Source: an uncultured Aminicenantes bacterium
GTDB lineage: Bacteria > Acidobacteriota > Aminicenantia > UBA2199
Direction: 5' to 3'
DNA length: 15,536 bases
Assembly: GCA_965195285.1 (NCBI GenBank)
Contig: CBDAFS010000008.1
Coordinates: forward strand, 1 to 15,536
Shown: one piece after another, positions 1 through 7,814 of the stretch
Numbering within the stretch: the stretch's first letter is position 1
Layout of the letters: every line of letters begins with the position of its first letter
Program-made: the position numbers and the translations under genes
The notes under the pieces: generated by a model
Told to the model about the DNA's origin: nothing
The model's database searches: none
What the model saw: the letters and a program-made list of their open reading frames with translations, nothing else

Positions 1-130
1 ACACCTTCTCATTCAACTTGCTCAATACCTTGGTGATCGCTGCCGTTAATGTCGTCTTACCATGATCCACATGACCTATCGTCCCAATATTCAAATGGGG
101 CTTATTACGATCAAACTTTTCTTTTGACAT
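1..130 (-). CDS. tuf: Elongation factor Tu, N-terminal fragment (runs off the window edge)
   Basis: Not in the ORF track. Manual translation from ATG at 130 gives [43 protein letters not shown], the EF-Tu G1 motif [15 protein letters not shown] at 140-136. Lies downstream of the canonical tRNA cluster. Confidence 0.98.
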   Translation of the reverse strand, partial: MSKEKFDRNKPHLNIGTIGHVDHGKTTLTAAITKVLSKLNEKV

Positions 131-176
131 TCATTCCTCCTGGTCGTATAAAAATAATAATAATTCTAATTATAAT

Positions 177-249
177 AGCCCTCGATCAGACTCGAACTGA
201 TTACCTCATCCTTACCAAGGATGCGCTCTACCGGATGAGCTACGAGGGC
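177..249 (-). tRNA. tRNA-Thr(GGT), CCA not encoded
   Basis: Cloverleaf: GCCCTCG TA GCTC ATCCGGTA GAGC G CATCC TTGGTAA GGATG AGGTA ATCAG TTCGAGT CTGAT CGAGGGC T. Confidence 0.97.
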
Positions 250-254
250 ATACA

Positions 255-327
255 AGCGGGAGACGGGATTCGAACCCGCGACCTATAGCTTGGAAGGCTA
301 TCGCTCTTCCAGCTGAGCTACTCCCGC
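255..327 (-). tRNA. tRNA-Gly(TCC), CCA not encoded
   Basis: GCGGGAG acceptor stem, anticodon arm ATAGC-CTTCCAA-GCTAT, T-arm GCGGG-TTCGAAT-CCCGT. Confidence 0.97.
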
Positions 328-398
328 GTCACTGACCATTATATGATCAACGCAGGTTACAACCGTTTACTCGAAACTACCGGCACTTTTATTTAATA

Positions 399-481
399 TG
401 GGCAGGGGCGGATTCGAACCACCGAAGGCGAAAGCCAACGGGTTTACAGCCCGTCCCATTTAACCACTCTGGAACCTGCCC
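399..481 (-). tRNA. tRNA-Tyr(GTA), long variable arm, CCA not encoded
   Basis: GGGCAGG/CCTGCCC acceptor stem, anticodon arm ACGGG-CTGTAAA-CCCGT, variable arm GGC-TTTC-GCC, T-loop TTCGAAT. Confidence 0.97.
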
Positions 482-498
482 ATGAAAGCCGTAAAAAC

Positions 499-571
499 AG
501 CTGGCGAAGGGACTTGAACCCCCGACCTGCTGATTACAAATCAGCTGCTCTACCAGCTGAGCTACGCCAGC
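499..571 (-). tRNA. tRNA-Thr(TGT), CCA not encoded
   Basis: GCTGGCG acceptor stem, anticodon arm GCTGA-TTTGTAA-TCAGC, T-loop TTCAAGT. Confidence 0.97.
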
Positions 572-586
572 ATGCGCAAAAAAAAG

Positions 587-616
587 AGTATACCGCAACT
601 ATAACGTATTTGTCAA
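587..616 (-). promoter_or_regulatory. sigma70-type promoter P2 of the tRNA-tuf operon
   Basis: TTGACA (616-611), 18-nt spacer, TATACT (592-587), ending 15 nt upstream of tRNA-Thr(TGT). Confidence 0.7.
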
Positions 617-652
617 TTAGTTTTGAGCGGGAAACTCTTTAATTGCCCCAAC

Positions 653-700
653 ATTATACCTTTTTTTTAATGGAAATTCAATAGTAAAAAAAAAATAAAA
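653..700 (-). promoter_or_regulatory. sigma70-type promoter P1 of the tRNA-tuf operon with AT-rich UP-like tract
   Basis: TTGAAT (681-676), 17-nt spacer, TATAAT (658-653). A/T tract at 686-700. Confidence 0.65.
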
Positions 701-723
701 TTTCCTGACCGAATTTCGGCAGG
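686..723 (-). terminator. Possible intrinsic terminator after the glycosyltransferase gene
   Basis: Hairpin CCTG-CCGA-AAT-TCGG-(T)-CAGG (723-704) starts 5 nt after the stop codon and is followed by AAA and a long T run. Confidence 0.45.
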
Positions 724-728
724 GATAC

Positions 729-1745
729 CTAATCCCTGATGATACTTCTGGTAAAAATGCGTTCGATGATCTCTTTTTTTCGTTTAAATAATATTTTATC
801 CAAAAATGAAAACCTTTTGGATTCCACTGATTCGTCCAATGTTCCCATATACTTGCCCCAGAAATCCGCCGTCACAATCTTCAGATTATAAAACATCCAG
901 AAAAACCGGTCTCTCAAGGGGATCTTCAACCTTATCAATGAAATGAGGGAGCGGTGAACCATTCTTTTCATAATAGCCAATATCACCCTTGTCTTGCTTT
1001 TGACATATATGATTTGAAATTCCTTCTGGCTCAAATGCTGGTCAATGCACATTCTGCTCAACAGGTAGGAAAAACTCATTTTATGCCAGTGATAAAATTT
1101 GGCCTGCCTGGAAATGGCCACCTTCTGGTGATTCAGAATCATACGCTTGGCAAAGAACATGTCTTCACCATAGGGTACATCCGGGAATTTTATTTTCAGC
1201 AGCAACTCCCGATCTATACAGGATGCACAGTTGTCAAAATTACTCAACCGCCTTCGCTCCTCCGGAGAAAGCCCATCCCATTCGGATGCGGAAATAGGAC
1301 CACTGAAATTTTCCATGGCCAGATGCCAGTCATTGTGCAGATAAGCATCGACCGGATCGGAATCCCTCTCATTGATTTGAAACACCCCGTAGGCGGCAGT
1401 AGCCAGATTTTCAATTAGCGGACGGGTCAATGCCTTTAAAAACCGTTTCCCGATAGGAACAATATCATCGGTAAAAAAGATGATGAAGCGGCCGGTGGCC
1501 CGTTCAGCGGCTTCCAGGCGAGTTCTGCTGTGGCTGAACTGACCTTCGGGAACATTAATGATCTGCTGGTACTGAAACCCGGCTTCTTCCAGATAGTCCA
1601 CGGTACCATCACTGGAGCTGTTATCCATAAAAATCACTTCATAGGAATGGTCAAAGTCCTGGTCCAGGAGAATTTCAACCAGTCGCTGGATCACCCCCAT
1701 GGAATTTTTTGTGGTGATCACAATGGAAAAATCAAAATTTTTCAT
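729..1745 (-). CDS. GT2-family glycosyltransferase (rhamnosyltransferase-like)
   Basis: N-terminal SIVITTKN...DNSSSDGT, DxD-like TDD, FDNCASCI and GEDMFFAKR, all typical GT-A fold motifs. Confidence 0.88.
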   Translation of the reverse strand: MKNFDFSIVITTKNSMGVIQRLVEILLDQDFDHSYEVIFMDNSSSDGTVDYLEEAGFQYQQIINVPEGQFSHSRTRLEAAERATGRFIIFFTDDIVPIGKRFLKALTRPLIENLATAAYGVFQINERDSDPVDAYLHNDWHLAMENFSGPISASEWDGLSPEERRRLSNFDNCASCIDRELLLKIKFPDVPYGEDMFFAKRMILNHQKVAISRQAKFYHWHKMSFSYLLSRMCIDQHLSQKEFQIIYVKSKTRVILAIMKRMVHRSLISLIRLKIPLRDRFFWMFYNLKIVTADFWGKYMGTLDESVESKRFSFLDKILFKRKKEIIERIFTRSIIRD

Positions 1746-1897
1746 TTACTATCCCGCATGGATTCCATCCAATACTTATTTACGCATCGGGCATAAAACT
1801 ATCCGAAAATAAAAAATAAATTAACTGACTCCAAATGTCAACCTCACCGGGCTTAGAAACCCATCCACAGACTGTCATATTATTACCGCAAAAGGAA

Positions 1898-3556
1898 TCA
1901 TTCCCGGTTGTTGGTATACTTGACAATCAGTTCATAGCGCAGTTTTCGGAAAATAGCCAGCGTTTTTTTCATCAAATCGTTGGAATAGGCGGTAAGGTAT
2001 TTCCGGGTTGCCCTGGAATTCTTTTGGAAACGTTTCATGGCCTCGGCTTCCACGATTTTCTGGCGGTCGAATATGCCACTTTCAAAGGGATCCCTGGCAG
2101 CCCGGATATCTTTAATGGCCTGCTGAAATTTGAGCTGGGCCAGATTGTCCACAAAATCGATGGCCCAGCGGGCCGATGCTTCCTGGAATTTTTCCGGATC
2201 ATAAATTCGATAACTGTCGTCAACAGACAAATTACCAAGATAAACCGGAACGTAAGGACTGATATGGGGATTATCCAGGTATACCCAGTATATTCCACCA
2301 ATTTCATGGGGGAGCCAGCCACGTAACTGACAGATCATACCATAATGACCGCGGTGGCGGGCAACCGGCCTTCGGTTGGTCAACTTTAACAACCTCTTCA
2401 TATCATTGCCCGGGAAGGGGGTGGCCAGGGGACTTTTATCAAATCCGCCCTTTTCATCCGGGACCAGCCATTGAGGACCCGAGGTCAAATCATAGATGGT
2501 ACCCTCAAAAGTGGAGCGCTGAAAGGCCATGATGTCCTGAAGTGAAATTTTCTTCTCCGGCTGGATTGAAAAGGGATAAAGCGCCAACGGTTCAACGTAC
2601 TGGTAGTACTGGTTGAGCCCTTTATGGGAACCGATTTTAATCGAACGGTCCGGCCATTTCAGCAGGTTGGGGGTAAAAGTGGTGTGAAACAACCAGAAGC
2701 GCCCGGTGGCCCACTCCCGCGGTATCGGAGAATAGATATCTTGCCATATAAAAGGCTTACCGCTGTTCGGGTCATACCAGCCCCGGTCAACAGCCTCCTG
2801 CCGGTAATTGGAAGAGGCCATGAAATTGTCAGTATCCTGAATGTTGATTTCCTTGATAATGCTCCAATTGGGGATCATGGTGGCCCGGTCATCACCCAAC
2901 CGTTGGGCCGCCCAGATGGCACCGGGGTTTCCCGTATCCGGAGACCAATTCTTACCTACCCCGTAAATTTCCATGATCCAGGCCTCTTCAGTATCGGCAA
3001 GGGCCAGTGCTTCAGCTCCATCACCCGAAGACGGCAAAAACCCATAAATGGTCATGAGCTCCCCGATCAGTTTAACCGCCTGCCGGGCCTTTTTACATCG
3101 CTGCAAGGCAAAGATTTGAGCTTGTTCCACAGTCATGATCTGGCCGGGTTTGTGATCCCGGTCCCGGATGGCCACCAGCTCTGGCCGCTGGGATATGGTG
3201 CTTTCGGCAATGGCCAGCTGAAAGCGGTTGCAGTGGGAATAAGCCGAGTGAAAGTAGGTGTGAGTTTCTTCTGCCTGGGGAATATACCCGAGAATTTCCC
3301 CATTGTCTTTCAGGGGACGGTCAGCATCCTGAATTCCCCAGTAAACCGGGACCCGGGTGCCGGGCCTGTATTTCCGCCCCGGGATCACATAAATCCGTGA
3401 ATCCGGCCCGCAGTCGGTATGGGAAACCATGACAGATCCGTCAGCAGTGGCGTTTTTCCCAACCGCCACAATTGTACACCCGACTATGTCAATGACACCA
3501 CAAAATGGTAAAAAAATGCCAAGAATAAAAAACACTGTCCAAAACCGATTTTTCAT
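1898..3556 (-). CDS. Peptidase family C69 (dipeptidase/secernin-like Ntn hydrolase), with signal peptide
   Basis: Hydrophobic N-terminus followed by CTIVAVGKNATADGSVMVSHTD (N-terminal nucleophile Cys). Also AIAESTI and ADTEEAWIME motifs. SD GAGGTG upstream. Confidence 0.88.
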   Translation of the reverse strand: MKNRFWTVFFILGIFLPFCGVIDIVGCTIVAVGKNATADGSVMVSHTDCGPDSRIYVIPGRKYRPGTRVPVYWGIQDADRPLKDNGEILGYIPQAEETHTYFHSAYSHCNRFQLAIAESTISQRPELVAIRDRDHKPGQIMTVEQAQIFALQRCKKARQAVKLIGELMTIYGFLPSSGDGAEALALADTEEAWIMEIYGVGKNWSPDTGNPGAIWAAQRLGDDRATMIPNWSIIKEINIQDTDNFMASSNYRQEAVDRGWYDPNSGKPFIWQDIYSPIPREWATGRFWLFHTTFTPNLLKWPDRSIKIGSHKGLNQYYQYVEPLALYPFSIQPEKKISLQDIMAFQRSTFEGTIYDLTSGPQWLVPDEKGGFDKSPLATPFPGNDMKRLLKLTNRRPVARHRGHYGMICQLRGWLPHEIGGIYWVYLDNPHISPYVPVYLGNLSVDDSYRIYDPEKFQEASARWAIDFVDNLAQLKFQQAIKDIRAARDPFESGIFDRQKIVEAEAMKRFQKNSRATRKYLTAYSNDLMKKTLAIFRKLRYELIVKYTNNRE

Positions 3557-3623
3557 TTCATCACCTCTTTTTTAAAATTCCAAACCATAAGGTTACTCAT
3601 ATTCCCGGATTTTAAAACCGGGC

Positions 3624-4643
3624 TTAAACAATAAACATGGCATCGCCATATGAAAAAAAGCGGTAATTTTGTTCAATGGCCGTTCGATAGGCTTTTTGCA
3701 TCAATTCCAGGCCGGCAAATGCCGAGACCATTATGAACAGGCTGGATTCCGGAAGGTGAAAATTGGTAACCATCCTGTCCACCATCTGAAATTGAAAGCC
3801 GGGATAAATAAACAACTCTGATTCAAAGGTTTCCTGCTTCGGTTTTTCCAGAGCCCAGGTTTCCAGGGCCCGGACCGTGGTTGTACCCACGGCAATCAGC
3901 TTACGGCTTCCTTTCAAACGGAATATTTTTCTTCTCACTTCCGGGGAAATGGAAATGAATTCCCTTCCCATTTGATGGGTTTCTATATCATCCACCTCAA
4001 TTTTCTGAAAAGTGGCCTCGCCTACTTCCAGGTTGATTTCCAGTACATCGATCCTGCTCCGGATCTCTTCAATCAGTGATTCGGAGAAGTGCAGGCCTGC
4101 GGTGGGTGCGGCAATGGAACCCGGCTGGCTGGAATATACCGTCTGATATCGGGTGAGATCAAATCCCCTATACTTCCGGGCTTCAGCGGATTTACGTTTG
4201 ATATACGGAGGCAGGGGAGCATAACCGGATTGCATAACGGTATCGAAATCCCGGTTGAATTTCAAAATCCGTCGGCCCCGGGGTCCCTGGTCAATCACCT
4301 CTGAAACCAGACCATCCCCGAACCTGATCCTGGTCCCGGATTTGAACTTCCTGGCCGGCCGGGTCAGGGCTTCTACTTCCCGGTTTTTCCGTTTTTTGAC
4401 CATCAGAACTTCAACCGGATAGCCATTGATATCTCCCAGCAGGCGTACCGGAACCACCCGGGAATGGTTAAGCACCATGAAATCCATGGAAGCGATCAGA
4501 TCTGTGATCTCACGAAACCGGCGATGAAAAATATCCCCGGTTTTCCGATCCACCACCATCAACCGCGATTCATCCCTTTCGGGCAGGGGAAAGCGAGCAA
4601 TCCGGTCGGCCGGCAGATCAAAGGAAAAATCTTTTAATTTCAC
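3624..4643 (-). CDS. queA: S-adenosylmethionine:tRNA ribosyltransferase-isomerase
   Basis: PLPPYIKR, YQTVY, GSIAAPTAGLHF, VGTTTVRALE, TNFHLPESSL and YRFFSYGDAM motifs. GTG start. Confidence 0.97.
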   Translation of the reverse strand: MKLKDFSFDLPADRIARFPLPERDESRLMVVDRKTGDIFHRRFREITDLIASMDFMVLNHSRVVPVRLLGDINGYPVEVLMVKKRKNREVEALTRPARKFKSGTRIRFGDGLVSEVIDQGPRGRRILKFNRDFDTVMQSGYAPLPPYIKRKSAEARKYRGFDLTRYQTVYSSQPGSIAAPTAGLHFSESLIEEIRSRIDVLEINLEVGEATFQKIEVDDIETHQMGREFISISPEVRRKIFRLKGSRKLIAVGTTTVRALETWALEKPKQETFESELFIYPGFQFQMVDRMVTNFHLPESSLFIMVSAFAGLELMQKAYRTAIEQNYRFFSYGDAMFIV

Positions 4644-4678
4644 AAAAGCATTGTAAATAAAAATGTCAAATAGAGCAA
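4644..4678 (-). promoter_or_regulatory. Probable leaderless promoter of queA
   Basis: TTGCTC (4678-4673), 17 nt, TACAAT (4655-4650), 6 nt, then the GTG start. No SD. Confidence 0.55.
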
Positions 4679-4722
4679 GACGGGTCGTAAAAATCAGGAT
4701 ATAAAAAAATAAACTGAAATAC

Positions 4723-4768
4723 TTTACAACAAAATGATTTTGATTTAGAATTAGCTATCACTAAGGAG
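4723..4768 (+). promoter_or_regulatory. sigma70-type promoter and RBS of the hydro-lyase/dehydrogenase operon
   Basis: TTTACA (4723-4728), 17 nt, TAGAAT (4746-4751). SD AAGGAG at 4763-4768. Confidence 0.6.
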
Positions 4769-4777
4769 CAAACCAAA

Positions 4778-6025
4778 ATGGGTAAAACCTTTGTTGAAAA
4801 AGTGTTCGGGAATAAAGCCGGCAGAGAGGTCAGGGCCGGGGAGATTGTTTCAGTGGAACCGGACTTTGTGATGAGCCATGACAATGCTGCCGCCATATCA
4901 GCCACCTTTAAGAAAATCGGGATCGATAAAATCAAATACCCGGAGCGGGTGGTCATTATCCTGGACCATGAAATTCCGGCACCCAAAGAATCTTCCGCCA
5001 TCAACCATCAGGAAATTCGCCATTTTGTCAAAAAGCAGAATATAACTCATTTCTTCGATATTAATCAGGGCATCTGTCACCAGGTCTTTGTGGAACAGGG
5101 ATTCGCCATGCCCGGAAAATTAATCGTAGGTTCGGATTCCCATACCACAACTTACGGGGCCCTGGGGGCTTTATCAGCCGGGATCGGGCGATCGGAAGTG
5201 GCAGCCATCTGGGCAACCGGGGAATTGTGGTTCCAGATACCGGAAACCCTGAAAATCAATGTGAACGGTCAACTTCCGAAATACCTTACTCCCAAGGATA
5301 TTGCCCTCTATATTATCGGCCAGATCAAATCGGACGGGGCTGACTACAAAGCCGTGGAATTTACCGGTACCGCCATCGGGCAGATGGATATCGGAGACCG
5401 CATGGTTCTGACCAACATGGCCGCAGAGATGGGGGCCAAAAACGGTTATATCCCCCCGGATGACACCACCCGGGAATACTTGAAAAACCGGGCAACGGAA
5501 ACCTACCGGGACATTCTGTCCGATCCGGATGGACACTTCGCAGACACCCTCCATTTTGATACCGATAAAATTCTCCCGGGAATTGCCCGGCCCCATACCG
5601 TTGACCACTATGCCACGGTTGAGGAAACCGCCGGGACCTCGATTGACCAGGCCCTGATCGGAACCTGCACCAACGGGCGCCTCAATGACCTGAAAGCAGC
5701 GGCCGGGATTTTAAAGGAAAAAAAAGTCAAAATCAGAACCCTGATTATCCCGGCATCCTGGAATGTATACCGGGAGGCATTGAAGACCGGTCTCATTGAA
5801 ACTTTTATCAATGCCGGAGCCGTGGTGCTCAATCCCGGCTGCGGCCCCTGCCTGGGGGCTCATCAGGGGGTCATGGCCCCGGGAGAAGTCACTTTCTCCA
5901 CTGCCAACCGGAACTTTAAAGGCCGAATGGGCTGCCGGGATGCTGAAATATACCTGGGCTCTCCCCTGTCGGTAGCAGCCTCGGCTTTGACCGGAAAAAT
6001 CACCGACCCCAGGAGGATGTTATGA
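4778..6025 (+). CDS. 3-isopropylmalate dehydratase / homoaconitase family large subunit (LeuC/HacA/LysT-like)
   Basis: GICHQV, GSDSHTTTYGA, NMAAEMGAK. [4Fe-4S] ligands GTCTNGR and GCGPCLG. STANRNFKGRMG. Short 415-aa type. Confidence 0.93.
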   Translation: MGKTFVEKVFGNKAGREVRAGEIVSVEPDFVMSHDNAAAISATFKKIGIDKIKYPERVVIILDHEIPAPKESSAINHQEIRHFVKKQNITHFFDINQGICHQVFVEQGFAMPGKLIVGSDSHTTTYGALGALSAGIGRSEVAAIWATGELWFQIPETLKINVNGQLPKYLTPKDIALYIIGQIKSDGADYKAVEFTGTAIGQMDIGDRMVLTNMAAEMGAKNGYIPPDDTTREYLKNRATETYRDILSDPDGHFADTLHFDTDKILPGIARPHTVDHYATVEETAGTSIDQALIGTCTNGRLNDLKAAAGILKEKKVKIRTLIIPASWNVYREALKTGLIETFINAGAVVLNPGCGPCLGAHQGVMAPGEVTFSTANRNFKGRMGCRDAEIYLGSPLSVAASALTGKITDPRRML

Positions 6026-6516
6026 AAAGGGTATTCAATGGAAAAGTCTGGAAATACGGCGATAATGTCAATACCGATGTCATATTTCCCGGCAAGTACA
6101 CATACCAGAAAATGGAACCTCAGGAAATGGCCAAACACGCCCTTGAAGACCTGGATCCCGATTTTGCCCGGAATGTTCGGAAAGGTGATATCATTGTGGC
6201 CGGTAAAAACTTTGGCATGGGATCATCACGGGAACAGGCCGCCATTGCCATCAAGGCGGCCGGGATCAGTCTCATTGTAGCCAAATCATTTGCCCGGATC
6301 TATTTCCGCAATGCAATCAATGCCGGCATGCCCGCCATCAAATCACCTGAAGCCGTGGAGGCCATCGAAAATGGCGACCAAATCAGCATCGACATGGAAA
6401 AAGGGGAAATCATCACCCCGGCAGGAACCTTTACCTTTCCCCCTTACCCGGATACGGTTTTGGAAATCCTTGATAAAGACGGATTGATCGGATTTATAAA
6501 ATCAAAAATAAACTAA
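6022..6516 (+). CDS. 3-isopropylmalate dehydratase / homoaconitase family small subunit (LeuD/HacB/LysU-like)
   Basis: GDNVNTDVIFPGKY, NFGMGSSREQA, SFARIYFRNAINAG. ATGA overlap with the large-subunit stop. Confidence 0.93.
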   Translation: MKRVFNGKVWKYGDNVNTDVIFPGKYTYQKMEPQEMAKHALEDLDPDFARNVRKGDIIVAGKNFGMGSSREQAAIAIKAAGISLIVAKSFARIYFRNAINAGMPAIKSPEAVEAIENGDQISIDMEKGEIITPAGTFTFPPYPDTVLEILDKDGLIGFIKSKIN

Positions 6517-6536
6517 AACCCAAACAGGAGAAAAAA

Positions 6537-7718
6537 ATGAAGCGAACCATTGTGAATATGCCCGGAGATGGCATTGGAAGAACCGTATTGCCGGAAGCCA
6601 TTCGGGTTCTGGAAGCGGCCGGTTTTGAGGCCGATTACGTTCATGCCGACATTGGCTGGGAATTCTGGTGTCAGGAAGGCAATCCCCTGCCGGAGAGAAC
6701 CCTGGAATTACTTTCCCAACATCAAATCAGCCTCTTTGGTGCCATCACCTCCAAGCCTAAAACCGAGGCGGCCAGGGAACTGGCCACTGAACTGCAGGGA
6801 AAGGGCCATGTGTATTACAGCCCCATCGTGGGTTTGAGACAGCACTTCAATCTGGACATCTGCATGAGGCCCTGCAAAACCTTTAAGGGAAATCCCCTGA
6901 ATTTTATCCGCAAGGGGAAAAATGATACCATTGAAGAACCAGAGGTGGATGTGGTGATATTCAGGCAAAACACCGAAGGATTGTATGGCGGTGTGGAGTG
7001 GACCAACCCCCCCGACAATGTTTACAATGCCCTTCAAAGCCACCCAAAATTCAAAAAATTCATGGATGTACCCAGATCGGAACTGGCAGTGAGTACCCGT
7101 ATCTTCACCCGGCATGCCACCGAAAGGATCCTCAGGGCAGCATTCGAGCATGCCAAAAAATTTAACTATAAATCGGTTACCCTCTGCGAGAAGCCCAATG
7201 TGATCCGAGAAACCTCGGGAATGATGCTGAGTATGGCACAGGAGATGGTAAAAGAATACCCCGGAATCGAACTCTGGAACACCAATATCGATGCCCAGAT
7301 GATGTGGCTGACCAAAAATCCCGAAACCTACGGGGTGCTGGTCAGCGGCAACATGTTCGGGGATATCGTGTCCGATGGATTTGCCGGTCTGGTGGGAGGG
7401 CTGGGCTTTGCCTGCTCGGCCAATGTCGGGGAGAAGGTGGCCATTTTTGAACCCACCCATGGTTCTGCCCCCAAATATGCAGGGTATGCCACTCCCATTG
7501 TCAATCCCATTGCCATGATCCTTTCTGCCTGCATGATGCTGGACCACATCGGTGAATCCGAAAAAGCCACTGCCATCCGCAATGCTATTTCACGGGTAGT
7601 TGAAGAGGGAAAAGTCAAGGCTTACGACATGATGAAGATTTCGGGTTCACCGGATGTGATCAAACAGGGAGCAGCCACAACCCGGGAAATGACCGACACC
7701 ATAATCTCCACTCTGTAA
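6537..7718 (+). CDS. Isocitrate/isopropylmalate/homoisocitrate dehydrogenase family protein
   Basis: PGDGIG, RQNTEGLY, KPNV, NMFGDIVSD, EPTHGSAP, NPIAMILS. SD AGGAG. Confidence 0.92.
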   Translation: MKRTIVNMPGDGIGRTVLPEAIRVLEAAGFEADYVHADIGWEFWCQEGNPLPERTLELLSQHQISLFGAITSKPKTEAARELATELQGKGHVYYSPIVGLRQHFNLDICMRPCKTFKGNPLNFIRKGKNDTIEEPEVDVVIFRQNTEGLYGGVEWTNPPDNVYNALQSHPKFKKFMDVPRSELAVSTRIFTRHATERILRAAFEHAKKFNYKSVTLCEKPNVIRETSGMMLSMAQEMVKEYPGIELWNTNIDAQMMWLTKNPETYGVLVSGNMFGDIVSDGFAGLVGGLGFACSANVGEKVAIFEPTHGSAPKYAGYATPIVNPIAMILSACMMLDHIGESEKATAIRNAISRVVEEGKVKAYDMMKISGSPDVIKQGAATTREMTDTIISTL

Positions 7719-7814
7719 TTTTGAGTTTCACTTGAAAATTGTCTTGACTTTTGTGAACAATCAAGCTATATATTTTTTTAAAGATTCTTTATTGACCCGT
7801 TATTAAATTGATCC

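Noticed and set aside
49-288. 79-aa + strand ORF
   Set aside because: It is antisense to tuf and two tRNA genes, so it is a shadow ORF.
177-571. tRNA genes as an integration site for an island
   Set aside because: I saw no duplicated tRNA 3' end and no integrase in the window. The cluster-tuf order is canonical.
389-598. 69-aa - strand ORF
   Set aside because: It is a translation of the tRNA-Thr and tRNA-Tyr genes and starts inside their promoter.
4778-7718. Assigning gene symbols leuC, leuD, leuB
   Set aside because: The families are clear, but the specificity motifs and context do not support leucine biosynthesis over homoaconitate or isocitrate chemistry.
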